Below are positions 47,731 through 57,906 of a stretch of 64,000 nucleotides of DNA, in pieces. The stretch is taken from NCBI GenBank assembly GCA_045863295.1, contig BTWA01000026.1, positions 25,197-89,196 on the forward strand, in the 5' to 3' direction. The stretch's first letter is position 1. The number at the start of each line of letters is the position of its first letter. Source of the DNA: Candidatus Hydrogenedentota bacterium (lineage in GTDB: Bacteria > Hydrogenedentota > Hydrogenedentia > Hydrogenedentales > SLHB01). The notes beneath the pieces were generated by a model. The model was not told the DNA's origin, ran no database searches, and saw nothing but the letters and a program-made list of their open reading frames with translations. Made by a program: the position numbers and the translations under genes.

Positions 47731-48984
47731 TCACTCCCGATGTGAAAATGCTGTCAGCATGCCGTCGTCGCCGCCCACCAGAATCAGTGTTCCGGTAATT
47801 GCGGGCGAAGTGATCTCATCACTGACAATATAGCGCCAAAGAATCTCGCCGTCGGTCAGCCGCATTAAGTACAACTCGCCGCTTGACGTAACAACTACCG
47901 CTTCACCCGCAATGATCGGCGAACCCGGAATGCCATCCAACGGTTTCTTCCACACCAGGCTGCCAGTCCCGCGATCCAGGCAATACACCAGACTGTCGCT
48001 GGCTGTAAAAACGACTCGATTGTCGCTTACCGCCGGAGTAGCGTACGACTCTCCCGCGCAGTCTGAATTTGTCCACACGGTCTGCCCGGTGCTTGCATTG
48101 GCATGCACGAACATGCCGCTCCGGCTGCCGGTAAAGATGGAATCGCCCAGCAATGCCACGCCGCCCGCAATCTGGGATTCATCGTCCAGTGGAATCTCAC
48201 GAATCATTTTGCCGGTTTCACTGGAAAACACATGGATCGCGCATGCGCAGCTTCCATAAACCACATAGGTATCGCTAACGGCAGGCGAGCCATCGCATCG
48301 GTCCACACTTTCGCCGCTCCAAATCTTCTCGCCCGATGCAAAATCGATGCATTGTAAGCCGCCAGCCATCTCATCGATCACATAAACTCGCTTCGAGGGC
48401 TTGCCGTCCACATTCACTGTCGCGACGTTGGGAGTGCCGAGAATGGGCCATTCAGTATCGCAGGTCCAGCGCACTTCGCCGGTATGCGAATCAAGCGCAT
48501 ACACGATACCGGTGGATGTACATGCGAGCAGAGTGGAATCAAACAGCGCGATTGGCGCGTCAAACCCCACCGGACGAGGATCACGGCCTGGCTTCGCGGG
48601 CTCGTAAAAGGTCTTCGTCCACACAAGTTGGCCGTGCATATCATAGGCATGCAACGTGCCTTTGGTATCCGCGACATACACACGGCGTCCGTCCGAGACC
48701 GGTGTATTCATGATGCGATTGCCAACATCCGCTTTCCACGCAAGCGATAAGGCTTCGGGCAACGATAATTCAACATACCCGGCCAAAGACGCTCCGCCGT
48801 GATAGGTCTCCCAGGTAATGACGCGCGGATCTGGTTCGGGATTCCGCTCGGGCTCGACGACGGCCGCGGGCGGAGGCGCGGATGCGTTTTTGGGGACCGT
48901 GTTGGATGTAGATCGTTCACCGCAGCCGGCCGAGAAAAAAGCCAACAACAACGGTAGCAGAGTCAACCCGCGGGCGCGCATCAT
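47731..48984 (-). CDS. PQQ-like (BamB-like) beta-propeller lipoprotein
   Basis: Lipobox-like FSAGC; repeats ALDSHTGEVRW, CLDRGTGSLVW; ATG 48984 forms an ATGA overlap with the upstream stop. Confidence 0.85.
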   Translation of the reverse strand: MMRARGLTLLPLLLAFFSAGCGERSTSNTVPKNASAPPPAAVVEPERNPEPDPRVITWETYHGGASLAGYVELSLPEALSLAWKADVGNRIMNTPVSDGRRVYVADTKGTLHAYDMHGQLVWTKTFYEPAKPGRDPRPVGFDAPIALFDSTLLACTSTGIVYALDSHTGEVRWTCDTEWPILGTPNVATVNVDGKPSKRVYVIDEMAGGLQCIDFASGEKIWSGESVDRCDGSPAVSDTYVVYGSCACAIHVFSSETGKMIREIPLDDESQIAGGVALLGDSIFTGSRSGMFVHANASTGQTVWTNSDCAGESYATPAVSDNRVVFTASDSLVYCLDRGTGSLVWKKPLDGIPGSPIIAGEAVVVTSSGELYLMRLTDGEILWRYIVSDEITSPAITGTLILVGGDDGMLTAFSHRE

Positions 48985-50321
48985 TTCCCGCTGCTCAATG
49001 CGGCCACGGCCACACGAGCCGGGGCAGTTGCCACGGCAATGGCCTCCTGAAACACCGACTCCACGTTTCGGGCCATCGCAGCACTGGTGCACTGCTCCAA
49101 AACGACCCGGCGGGCACGGCTGCCCATCTCTCGAGCCGCTTCGGGATTCGATAACACCTGGCGCAACGAATCGACCAATCCACTCGTGCCGGATCGCTCG
49201 TAGACAAGGCCGCCGCCTGTCATCTCCACTACTTCGCGAAAGGCGCCCGCGTCCGGCTGAACCACCGGCACACCGCACGCTCCGGCCTCGAGTATGAAAA
49301 GTCCAAACGCCTCTCCTTCTGGAGCAGGAACAGTCAGCACGCTCAGCGATTGTATGAACTCCTGACGAGCTGCCCGGTTAAAGTCCTCGACCAATTCAAA
49401 ATCGTCTGCAACGCCGGCCTCGGCCATCTTCGCCTGCATCTCAGCCACGTAGTCCCGATCTCCGCTCGTCACTCCTCCGGTGGCGCGAAGCCGAAGGCGG
49501 CTAAACGCCGGCTCTTTCTTTAACTCAATAAACGCATCCACCAGTTCAGTGAACCCCTGCGTAAAATGAATACGGGACAAAAATCCAATCACAGGAGGAT
49601 CGAACGACAGCGGCGCCTGTGAAACCGTTTCCCATTCGACGCCAAGCGGCACTACCCGAAGGCGCTCCGGAGACAATCGCATGCGGCCGGCCATTTTTGA
49701 CGCATACCAACGGCTCACCGCAATAAACATGTCCACGTCGCGTGCCTTATCCGCAATGATGTCCCAGCAGCGATCGCGCCAAACCGGGGTCATGGCATCT
49801 AACCAGGTGTCTTCATCCTGTAGACTGCATACTATCGGTACCTTCAGAACCGACTTGATTTCCGCCGCCAACCCCAAAAGCAACGCATTGGAAATGTGCA
49901 CCAGATCCGGAGCGGGTTGCTCCTGCAACCACTGCAACAGACGATCCAGTTCCTTCCGTTGTTTGCCATGCTTCCCCTGAAGCATCGAATAGGTCATCGG
50001 ACCCAAATCCGACGCGCGCGTGGATCCCTCACGTGCCGCGGCAAAACGCAACACCCAGGATGAATCAAACAACTTGTCCAACCAGCGGGGGGTCCGACGG
50101 AAAATCCCAAGGTTCTGCTGCAGGAACACATTCACCCCGCCAAAAAAAACGCCGGATGAACTGTCCAGTTCCTCGGAATCCAGGAGTATCGGAAGATAAA
50201 GAGGCACCACGGATACATCATGACCACTATGATGCAACGCGCGCACCATCTGGCCATCGCGCAGGCAGTTCTGGCAATAAAACGTGCCGCCTGTACCGGG
50301 TGTCAATGAAAGGATCTTCAT
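48981..50321 (-). CDS. GT-B glycosyltransferase family 4
   Basis: PDLVHISN, FIAVS, EAFGLFILEAGACGVPVV; N-terminal GTFYCQNCLRD. Confidence 0.9.
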   Translation of the reverse strand: MKILSLTPGTGGTFYCQNCLRDGQMVRALHHSGHDVSVVPLYLPILLDSEELDSSSGVFFGGVNVFLQQNLGIFRRTPRWLDKLFDSSWVLRFAAAREGSTRASDLGPMTYSMLQGKHGKQRKELDRLLQWLQEQPAPDLVHISNALLLGLAAEIKSVLKVPIVCSLQDEDTWLDAMTPVWRDRCWDIIADKARDVDMFIAVSRWYASKMAGRMRLSPERLRVVPLGVEWETVSQAPLSFDPPVIGFLSRIHFTQGFTELVDAFIELKKEPAFSRLRLRATGGVTSGDRDYVAEMQAKMAEAGVADDFELVEDFNRAARQEFIQSLSVLTVPAPEGEAFGLFILEAGACGVPVVQPDAGAFREVVEMTGGGLVYERSGTSGLVDSLRQVLSNPEAAREMGSRARRVVLEQCTSAAMARNVESVFQEAIAVATAPARVAVAALSSGK

Positions 50322-50345
50322 GGAACCGCAATTATACTTCCGTGA

Positions 50346-51635
50346 TTAAGGGTTCTTTACGTCGAGACACTTGAGTATGTCCTGACTGCGGACGAGCAAC
50401 TTGCCGTCGGTAAGCGCCATCGGCGCCCACAGTTCGTGGCCCTGCAACATGGCCACTTTGGCCAACTCCTTATACCCATCGGGTTTCGGCTCAATCAAAT
50501 GAAGCGAACCTTCCTTGCCATCGATCGCGAATATCATGTCATCGGCCATCATGAGCGCGCCCCGCTCGAACAACGGCAGGCCCTCCGTTTGTGACGTCTT
50601 CCATTTGACGGTGCCGTCCAGCGCGATACAAGCCATGCCATCCAACTGCTCATTGGAATTGCTGTTCACATACAAATGACCGTTGTAAAGAATGGGCTGG
50701 TGTATCTGGCTCCCGCATACTTCGGGCGCAAGCTTTGCCACCTCGGAAACCTCAAATCCCGTAGCGCCTTTCTTCACTTGAATAATCACAGAACCGGCCT
50801 TATATCCACCGGTGATGAACAGTTTGTCGTCAGGAAGCAACGTCGGATGCGGAATGGGGATGAAGCACTGCCAGCCGTCGTACGTCCACAATACCGACCC
50901 ATCCTCCAATGACAGCCCCGCCGTAGCGCCTTTCTCCGTGCCAGGACGGTTGGATGCGGACACAACCACAAGCTGCTCGGTGCCGCCCAGCGTCGCCAAC
51001 ACGGGAGAAACGTAACCGGAAAGGCCAAGCCCTGGACTCTTCCAGGTCAATTCACCCGTCGCTCGGTCGTACGCAACAACGAAAGCATCCGGTGCCTGCG
51101 CCGCAACAATGACCAGGTTCTTATACAAGAGCGGCGATTGCGAAACGCCCCACCGTGGCAATTCACTCTGAAAATCGGTGACCAAGTTTTTCTTCCAGAC
51201 AGGCTTGTGCGTACCGCGGTCCGTGCACAAAAAATCTCCCATCATGCCCACGGAATAAACATATTTCTCGTCCACCGTCGGGGGCGTACGAGAACCCGTG
51301 TGCCCGACTGTGCCCGGAGCGTCATAGCTATGGCTCCAAAGCTCCTCGCCGCTGGCAAGCGAAAGGCAACGGAGTATATCCACTTGGTCGTCTTTCCGGT
51401 CCAGAAGAAACACTTCACCGCCGTGAATGGCGGGGGCGCCGTACCCAGCCCCGACCGGCACACTCCACAAAACGCGCGGACCCGAGTCAGGCCACGTCCG
51501 CGAAAGCCCTTGTTCATCGGATACGCCATCGCGATTAGGACCTAGAAACTGCGGCCAGTCCGCGCTCGCAACTACGCAAACCACTGGACAGAACAGCACC
51601 GCGAGGAAACCAAGCATGAAAGTAACTCGTGTCAT
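50346..51635 (-). CDS. PQQ-like beta-propeller protein
   Basis: Signal peptide from ATG 51635; ADWPQFLGPNRDG; WGVSQSP; WAPMAL..GKLLVR. Confidence 0.88.
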   Translation of the reverse strand: MTRVTFMLGFLAVLFCPVVCVVASADWPQFLGPNRDGVSDEQGLSRTWPDSGPRVLWSVPVGAGYGAPAIHGGEVFLLDRKDDQVDILRCLSLASGEELWSHSYDAPGTVGHTGSRTPPTVDEKYVYSVGMMGDFLCTDRGTHKPVWKKNLVTDFQSELPRWGVSQSPLLYKNLVIVAAQAPDAFVVAYDRATGELTWKSPGLGLSGYVSPVLATLGGTEQLVVVSASNRPGTEKGATAGLSLEDGSVLWTYDGWQCFIPIPHPTLLPDDKLFITGGYKAGSVIIQVKKGATGFEVSEVAKLAPEVCGSQIHQPILYNGHLYVNSNSNEQLDGMACIALDGTVKWKTSQTEGLPLFERGALMMADDMIFAIDGKEGSLHLIEPKPDGYKELAKVAMLQGHELWAPMALTDGKLLVRSQDILKCLDVKNP

Positions 51636-51863
51636 GACAACTGTATCCTTGATTCTGAAAAAATCAGGTCTGAAAATTCGATGTCGAACCGGCGAATAGA
51701 CTACTATGCATTGAAGGCAAGGTCCAGCGAAATATCCCCGGCCCTCGGTGGACTCCCTGCGTTGAGCAAGCGACAGCAGGTGACATAAGCTGTATACAGG
51801 GCCGGAATTCATACAGTCGTGCGACCCGAATCAATTGCAGTTCTTGAACGCGAGGTACCCTAC

Positions 51864-53102
51864 ATGAATCGGAAAGTCATCGCTCTTACTACCATGGCGC
51901 TGGTCACTACAATTGCATCAAACGCCTGGTGCGCGGATACGCCACAGTTTCGTGGACCTGAACGAGATGGCAAATTCCAGGAAACCGGCCTTCTCAAAAC
52001 GTGGCCCGAAGGCGGACCCGAACATACTTGGACTGCGGAAGGAATCGGACAAGGGTATGCCTCCGTCGCCGTGGTGGATGGCGTCGTTTACGTGCCCGGC
52101 ATGCTGGACGACAACGAAGGCTACCTCTTTGCAATTGACCTCAACGGCAAGGAACTGTGGCGACAAAAATACAGTACGGAAACTCTTGACAGACAGGCCC
52201 CCGGCTCCCGAGGAACACCAACCATCGACGGCGACCGCATATACGTCATGTCCGGCTTGGGTGTACTCACCTGCATGGCAAAAGCAGATGGCAAGCAAAT
52301 CTGGCAGGTCGACGTAAAAGCCGTCTTCAAGGGCCAGGACACCTCCTGGGGATTCTCGGAGTCCCCGCTCGTGGATGGAGACATGGTATTTGCCACACCC
52401 GGCGGGCAGGACGCCTCGATTGTTGCCCTGGACAAAATGACCGGCGACACCATTTGGACAAGCAAAGGCTTGAGCGAGGCAAGTGCATACTGTTCCCCCA
52501 TCATCTTCACGTTTGGGGACCGGCGAGTGCTCACCACGATGACCGCCAAATCCGTTGTCGGACTTGACGTTAAGACAGGGGAGACACTCTGGACCCATCC
52601 CCACGAAACCGATTATGACATTCATGCCGTCACCCCGGCATGCAGTGGCAACGTGATCTACTACACAGCGGGCTACGGCTCCGGCGGTGGTGCCTTGGAC
52701 GTAAGTGCCGACGGTACAAAAGTCACCCAGAAGTGGCTTGACAAAAACCTCGATTGTCAACACCACGGCGTTGTACTGCACGACGGTTACATCTACGGAA
52801 CAGGACACAAAAACGGCGAACTTATGTGCCTGGAACTGGAAACCGGCAAGCTAATGTGGAAGAGCGATACGATTTCCCAAGGCGACGTGGTATTCGCTGA
52901 GGGAATGTTGTACGTGTACGAAGGCCCCAAGAAAGGAATTGTGAGTCTTGTAAAAGCGACATCAACCGGGTGCGAAGTGTCTGGCTCCTTTGAAATTCCA
53001 AAGGGAAAGGACAAACATTGGGCCCACCCTGCAATAGCGAACGGCTTGCTTTTCATCCGGCACGGCGGAAACCTCTATGCCTACAAGATCTCGAGCAAGT
53101 AA
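51864..53102 (+). CDS. PQQ-like beta-propeller protein
   Basis: SD GAGG and signal peptide from ATG 51864; PQFRGPERDG, WGFSESP, WAHPAIANGLLFIRH. Confidence 0.88.
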   Translation: MNRKVIALTTMALVTTIASNAWCADTPQFRGPERDGKFQETGLLKTWPEGGPEHTWTAEGIGQGYASVAVVDGVVYVPGMLDDNEGYLFAIDLNGKELWRQKYSTETLDRQAPGSRGTPTIDGDRIYVMSGLGVLTCMAKADGKQIWQVDVKAVFKGQDTSWGFSESPLVDGDMVFATPGGQDASIVALDKMTGDTIWTSKGLSEASAYCSPIIFTFGDRRVLTTMTAKSVVGLDVKTGETLWTHPHETDYDIHAVTPACSGNVIYYTAGYGSGGGALDVSADGTKVTQKWLDKNLDCQHHGVVLHDGYIYGTGHKNGELMCLELETGKLMWKSDTISQGDVVFAEGMLYVYEGPKKGIVSLVKATSTGCEVSGSFEIPKGKDKHWAHPAIANGLLFIRHGGNLYAYKISSK

Positions 53103-53156
53103 GGTATACCAAACAGGACAACGCATGCCTGTTGGGCTTGTGATGAATTGTAAATG

Positions 53157-53405
53157 TTACTTTTGACGGGCGGGGCCGGGCTTTTTCGGCCCCTTCCTTT
53201 TTTCCGGCAAAGGCTTGTCTGTGGGAAGGCCTACCCACTGCAAGAACCCCGCAATCAGCGCGCTGATTGCGGCAACGGCAGCGATGAGAAGGGTCTCACT
53301 GGTTGGGGCCACTTCGGTATGACCGAGTTTAAACAGCAGAAAGAAGAGCGAGCATACGGCCGTGCCCAGCGACAACCGAAAGGTGACCGTCAAGATGGTA
53401 CGCAT
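53157..53405 (-). CDS. Small 2-TM membrane protein (82 aa)
   Basis: Two hydrophobic helices and a basic tail. Confidence 0.55.
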   Translation of the reverse strand: MRTILTVTFRLSLGTAVCSLFFLLFKLGHTEVAPTSETLLIAAVAAISALIAGFLQWVGLPTDKPLPEKRKGPKKPGPARQK

Positions 53406-53540
53406 GAGTCCAAATCCCGAATTGACGTGTAATGTGGGTATTCTGTTCGTCGAGGCTAAGAGAATAGCATACCCGCTCGAACTTCTCGCCTACCGGTTAT
53501 CCAAGCGGATGTAGGCAGCGCAGGAAACGCGAACGACAAG

Positions 53541-54287
53541 ATGATTGATTCCGATTTCGGCATACCGGGGCGCGACCCCGTTCCACCCCATACGCCTGAA
53601 CACCGGCGGCGCATCCTCAAAGAAAAAGGATTCGAAATTGGTGTTGTCATACTTCTGATTATAGGCGGAATGTCGTTCCTGTCATGGAGAAGCCGGCATG
53701 CCGAATTGCATGCAAATCCTGCTGTATCACTGGCCGCATCCGCAGAGGTAATCGAACACGCCGGGCTGGATTTAATGGGACAAGGCAAAGCCATGGGGCG
53801 ACGGATTGTCACGCTAACCCAGGATTTGGATGTGTTCCTGTGCGGGGTGGAACTGGTTGGCATAGAAGAAGATACCCCCCTGGAAACAGCAATAATCTGG
53901 TTGGCTCCGGCGGAAGGAAAGTGGAGCCCGGGCGAATCGTCGTTGCAAGCCGCAGTCAACCGCGTTGCCGTGTTGGCCCAGACGCTGGTACCCACCTCGG
54001 GCGAGGCCTTTGAAAAGGCGGTGAACACGCTCACGACTATCGACAATGAGGGCAGAGTGCACGACAAGGGCGTGGCGGGAACAAGCGACGGCTGGAAGCT
54101 GACCTACATTGCGTTTCGAAGCTTTGACGATACGGCTACGTCGCCGGAACCCGTGCTGTATCTTGTCTTACAGCGGTTATCTGCTGCATCCGATACCACG
54201 CTCGCCGAATTCAACCGCACACTATACGATGCGGTTGATCGCGGGGTCGCTATCAAACCCGCGCTTGAAGCCAAGACCGTCCACTAA
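53541..54287 (+). CDS. Hypothetical single-TM protein (248 aa)
   Basis: One TM (IGVVILLIIGGMSFL) followed by a soluble domain. Confidence 0.65.
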   Translation: MIDSDFGIPGRDPVPPHTPEHRRRILKEKGFEIGVVILLIIGGMSFLSWRSRHAELHANPAVSLAASAEVIEHAGLDLMGQGKAMGRRIVTLTQDLDVFLCGVELVGIEEDTPLETAIIWLAPAEGKWSPGESSLQAAVNRVAVLAQTLVPTSGEAFEKAVNTLTTIDNEGRVHDKGVAGTSDGWKLTYIAFRSFDDTATSPEPVLYLVLQRLSAASDTTLAEFNRTLYDAVDRGVAIKPALEAKTVH

Positions 54288-54582
54288 GAATCGAATCGAT
54301 GGCCTAACCAAGCGAACTCTGTAATGACTGACACGGCAATCGGCCGGATCCGAATTCTCTCCAAGAGCGGACCCGATGCCCCAGCGTTGGGCGTCCAAGG
54401 GATTGCGTTGGACGATTGGTTTGGCTAAAATGGTCCAAGCAGCAGTAGACGCCGCCCGCTACCCGTTCGACTGCCTTCCCCCTGCCGGGAATACCGGCCT
54501 TGCCGAAAATGTTTCCGTATCGGCTGACTGTGTCTGGCCATAGACACATACTGGTAGCAAGCAAGGCAAGAATTTCGGTTCG

Positions 54583-56100
54583 ATGAGGCCATCTAAACGC
54601 GAGCCGCTGGGGCTCGCTTCGAGTGTCCACATGTCAACTGTGACGGCCGGCCTGATGACATATGTAAGCAAGCCACGCGTCGGTTCCGCAATCATTGGCG
54701 GAACTACCTTCCTGTGCGTCGTGGCGGCCGCAGTCGCGTTGTTCGTCTGGCTAAGTACGAATCCCGCAAGAGCCATCGTCGCCGAAGTACCAGGAACAGA
54801 CGGGTTTGTGAAGGGAAATCTGAATGCGGTCAAAGTGGACTTGGCCGGCACGTTTGAACGGCTTGATGGACAGCCTTCTCCAGTGGCGGGTGCCTGGACC
54901 GGGTTTCGCGGCCCGGACTATTCCAACGCCGTTACAGACTCCCCCGCCCTTGCAAACGCCTGGCCCGGCGAAGGACCTAAGGTCTTGTGGAAAGCCAAAG
55001 TCGGCGATGGCTACGCATCCCCCGCCGTTCTGAACGGTTGCGTCTACCTGATGGACTACGACGTGGAAAAACGGATGGACGTGATCCGCTGCATGTCGCT
55101 CGACGATGGCAAGGACATCTGGAAACGCGCGTACGGCGTCAACATTAAACGTAATCATGGCATGTCGCGCACCATCCCGGCGGTAACCAACGATTACCTC
55201 GTGGTGATGGGGCCTAAGTGCCATGTGGTTTGCCTCGACACCGCTACCGGCGATTTCCGTTGGGGACTCGACTTGCAGGCGGAATACGGCACAGTTGAGC
55301 CCCTTTGGTACACCGGCCAGTGCCCAATTATCGACAACGATCAGGCCATCGTCGCACCCTGCGGTACGGAAGTCTTAATGATGGCCGTAGATTGCAAGAC
55401 CGGCGATATCCTTTGGAAAGTGCCAAACCCACACGGCTGGAACATGTCCCATGCCTCGATCGTCCCAATGACAATTCTTGGAAAGAAAATGTATGTCTAC
55501 GGGGCATTGGGCGGTATGGTCGGGGTATCCGCTGAACCGGAGTCAGCGGGTACGCTGCTGTGGGAAATTCCATGGGATGCAAAAGTGGTCGCCCCATCAG
55601 CCGTCAAGGCAGGCGAAGATCTCATCTTCGCAACGGCGGGGTACGGACGCGGCAGCCGGTTATTAAAACTCAAGAATGAGGGCAACTCGTTTTCCGTGGA
55701 AGTGGTCTACGACAAAAGCCCTTCGGAAGTACTGTCCTGCGAGCAACAGACGCCAATTTACCACAACGACTTGTTATATGGAATCATGCCCAAGGACGGC
55801 GGCTCGCTTCAGCAACAGTTCGTTTGCTTTCGACCGGACGGCTCGCTCGTGTGGTCGAGCGGTCAGGATGCCCGTTTTGGTCTGGGGCCATTTCTCATCG
55901 CCGACAACAAGTTCTACCTTCTCGACGATGAAGGCAAATTGACCATGGCCGATGCGACCAAGGAAACGTTCACGGTGCTCGGCGAGGCGGACATCCTGGA
56001 AGGCCACGATGCATGGGGACCCTTCGCCCTGGCCGGGTCGAGGCTCTTGCTGCGTGACATGAATACGCTGGCGTGCGTGGAATTGGGCGCCGCGTCGTGA
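54583..56100 (+). CDS. Membrane-anchored PQQ-like beta-propeller; first gene of the redox operon
   Basis: TM, then WTGFRGP, GYASPAV, RNHGMSRTIPAV, AWGPFALAG.RLLLRD; true start probably about 54655. Confidence 0.88.
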   Translation: MRPSKREPLGLASSVHMSTVTAGLMTYVSKPRVGSAIIGGTTFLCVVAAAVALFVWLSTNPARAIVAEVPGTDGFVKGNLNAVKVDLAGTFERLDGQPSPVAGAWTGFRGPDYSNAVTDSPALANAWPGEGPKVLWKAKVGDGYASPAVLNGCVYLMDYDVEKRMDVIRCMSLDDGKDIWKRAYGVNIKRNHGMSRTIPAVTNDYLVVMGPKCHVVCLDTATGDFRWGLDLQAEYGTVEPLWYTGQCPIIDNDQAIVAPCGTEVLMMAVDCKTGDILWKVPNPHGWNMSHASIVPMTILGKKMYVYGALGGMVGVSAEPESAGTLLWEIPWDAKVVAPSAVKAGEDLIFATAGYGRGSRLLKLKNEGNSFSVEVVYDKSPSEVLSCEQQTPIYHNDLLYGIMPKDGGSLQQQFVCFRPDGSLVWSSGQDARFGLGPFLIADNKFYLLDDEGKLTMADATKETFTVLGEADILEGHDAWGPFALAGSRLLLRDMNTLACVELGAAS

Positions 56101-56116
56101 CAACGGGAACAAAAGA

Positions 56117-57127
56117 ATGAAGGAAGGCGTAAGACAAGTCCGGCATGGCTGGCTGGTGGCTCCGGTGATCGGAGTCATCGCCGTCGCCTACTTTTCGTTG
56201 ATGAGCGCAAGCGAATTCCCGGAACCGGGCGCCAACATCGAATACGACTTGAAGGCCTTCGAGGAATTGGACAAAGTTGAGTCTGCCTACACCGAATTGA
56301 ATCCAATTGCCATAGATGTTCCCGATGCGAGTGCGCTCGCGGTTGCCGGGAACAAAGTATACGTGGCAGGTAAGGATAGGGTCGCAATCTATGACGAAAG
56401 CGATAAGGAGATTGCCAGTATTGCCACAACCGGGCCTGCCACTTCGCTCGCCGCTGCCGTCGATGGGGCGGTGTACGTGGCATTGCGGGATCGCATCCAT
56501 GTGTTCAACGCAAACGGCTCGCCGGAAGGCGAATGGACTGACTTCTCGTCGCGCAGCTATTTGACCGCGGTTTCAGCCGTGGACGAGGACGTCTACGTCG
56601 CCGACGCGGGAAATCGAGTCGTCTATAGGATGGACCGCGCCGGTAAGGTGCAGGAAGAAATCGGCGTCAAGGACGAAGATCGCGATGTGCCCGGTCTGGA
56701 AGTTCCAAGTCCTTACTTGGACCTCGCAGTAAACGGAGACGGCGATTTGTGGGTCGTAAACCCTGGAAAACTGGGCTTGGAACGGTACCGCGGCGATGGC
56801 TCAATTGTGACATCGTGGTACCGTCCGACGGTGCTGCAATTGGATGGTTTCCCCGGCTGTTGCAACCCGACGCATATTGCTTTTACAAGCCAAGGTGAAC
56901 TGATTACAACCGAGAAAGGTCTCGTCCGCGTCAAAAAGTTTGATGTGACCTCCGGAGAGTTTCAGGGATTGGTGGCCGGTTCTGCCCTATTCCCCAAAGA
57001 ACAGTCCGTGCAGGATTTGGCGGTCGATTCCGAGGACCGCATTCTGGTACTGGATGCGCGGCAAAACAAGGTCCGCAGATTCGCGCCCAAGGAGAAGATC
57101 AATGGATCAACAGTCCAGCCGGCATGA
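56117..57127 (+). CDS. NHL-repeat (6-bladed propeller) protein
   Basis: VYVADAGNRVV, DLAVDSEDRILVLD; motif GFPGCCNP. Confidence 0.8.
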   Translation: MKEGVRQVRHGWLVAPVIGVIAVAYFSLMSASEFPEPGANIEYDLKAFEELDKVESAYTELNPIAIDVPDASALAVAGNKVYVAGKDRVAIYDESDKEIASIATTGPATSLAAAVDGAVYVALRDRIHVFNANGSPEGEWTDFSSRSYLTAVSAVDEDVYVADAGNRVVYRMDRAGKVQEEIGVKDEDRDVPGLEVPSPYLDLAVNGDGDLWVVNPGKLGLERYRGDGSIVTSWYRPTVLQLDGFPGCCNPTHIAFTSQGELITTEKGLVRVKKFDVTSGEFQGLVAGSALFPKEQSVQDLAVDSEDRILVLDARQNKVRRFAPKEKINGSTVQPA

Positions 57128-57305
57128 GTTCCTTCAGCTAATCGGACGCGGCGGCCTATTGGCCGGCCTGACGGGGATTGGCATGGCTGCGCTGCACGGC
57201 CGGAAGGACGTGAGCGAATGCTTCAATCACAACCACTGCGCCGAGTGCTGGGCCTTTAACGGTTGCAGCCTGCCGGAAAAAAAGGAGACCCCGAGCCATG
57301 AGTGA
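57102..57305 (+). CDS. Small 4-Cys protein with Tat-like leader (67 aa)
   Basis: SD AAGGAG before ATG 57102; SRHEFLQ + hydrophobic stretch; C-x5-C-x2-C-x5-C; overlaps both neighbours. Confidence 0.7.
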   Translation: MDQQSSRHEFLQLIGRGGLLAGLTGIGMAALHGRKDVSECFNHNHCAECWAFNGCSLPEKKETPSHE

Positions 57306-57906
57306 GTCCAATTCCATGGAACGGCGAGACTTCATGCGGGTGGCCGGCGGCATCGGATTCGCCGGCGCGGCCTACGCGGCCGTGGGTGAAAAAGGCGATG
57401 ACATGCTCTGGCAGTTGGATCCGAACAAGTGCACCCAATGCGGGCGCTGTTCCACCCACTGCGTACTGAATCCGTCCGCCGTAAAATGCCTGAATCAGTT
57501 CAACATCTGCGGTTATTGCGACTTGTGTTTTGGCTACCTGCAGCCAGGGTCAAGGGATCGGGATTCGGGTGCCGAGAATCAGCTCTGCCCCACCGCGGCC
57601 ATCAAGCGCACCTTCATTGAAGACCCATACTATGAATACATCATCGAAGAAGACGATTGCATTGGCTGCGCGAAATGCGTGAAAGCGTGCCTGGTTTTTG
57701 GCAACGCCTCGTTCTACCTCCAGATTCGCCAGGACATCTGCATCAACTGCAACGAGTGTTCGATTGCGAAAGCCTGTCCGTCGGATGCCTTTGAGCGCGT
57801 ACCGGCCTCGAAGCCGTACATCTATTTGACCGGAGATGTGGAAACAACGAAATCGCTTCCGTCGGCGGATCCAAACCCGCCGCAAACCACATTGGGCCCA
57901 GCGTGA
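57298..57906 (+). CDS. Tat-exported multi-[4Fe-4S] ferredoxin
   Basis: ERRDFMR; CTQCGRC, CGYCDLC, CIGCAKC…C, CINCNECS…CP. Confidence 0.88.
   Translation: MSESNSMERRDFMRVAGGIGFAGAAYAAVGEKGDDMLWQLDPNKCTQCGRCSTHCVLNPSAVKCLNQFNICGYCDLCFGYLQPGSRDRDSGAENQLCPTAAIKRTFIEDPYYEYIIEEDDCIGCAKCVKACLVFGNASFYLQIRQDICINCNECSIAKACPSDAFERVPASKPYIYLTGDVETTKSLPSADPNPPQTTLGPA

Noticed and set aside
48985..49278. N-terminal extension of the 515-aa propeller ORF
   Set aside because: Lies inside the GT4 gene; the ATGA overlap at 48984 marks the real start
54300..54600. Riboswitch or ncRNA ahead of the redox operon
   Set aside because: Only short hairpins (CGTCCAA/TTGGACG, TGTGTCT/AGACACA) and no family motif I can recognise; an Rfam search would settle it
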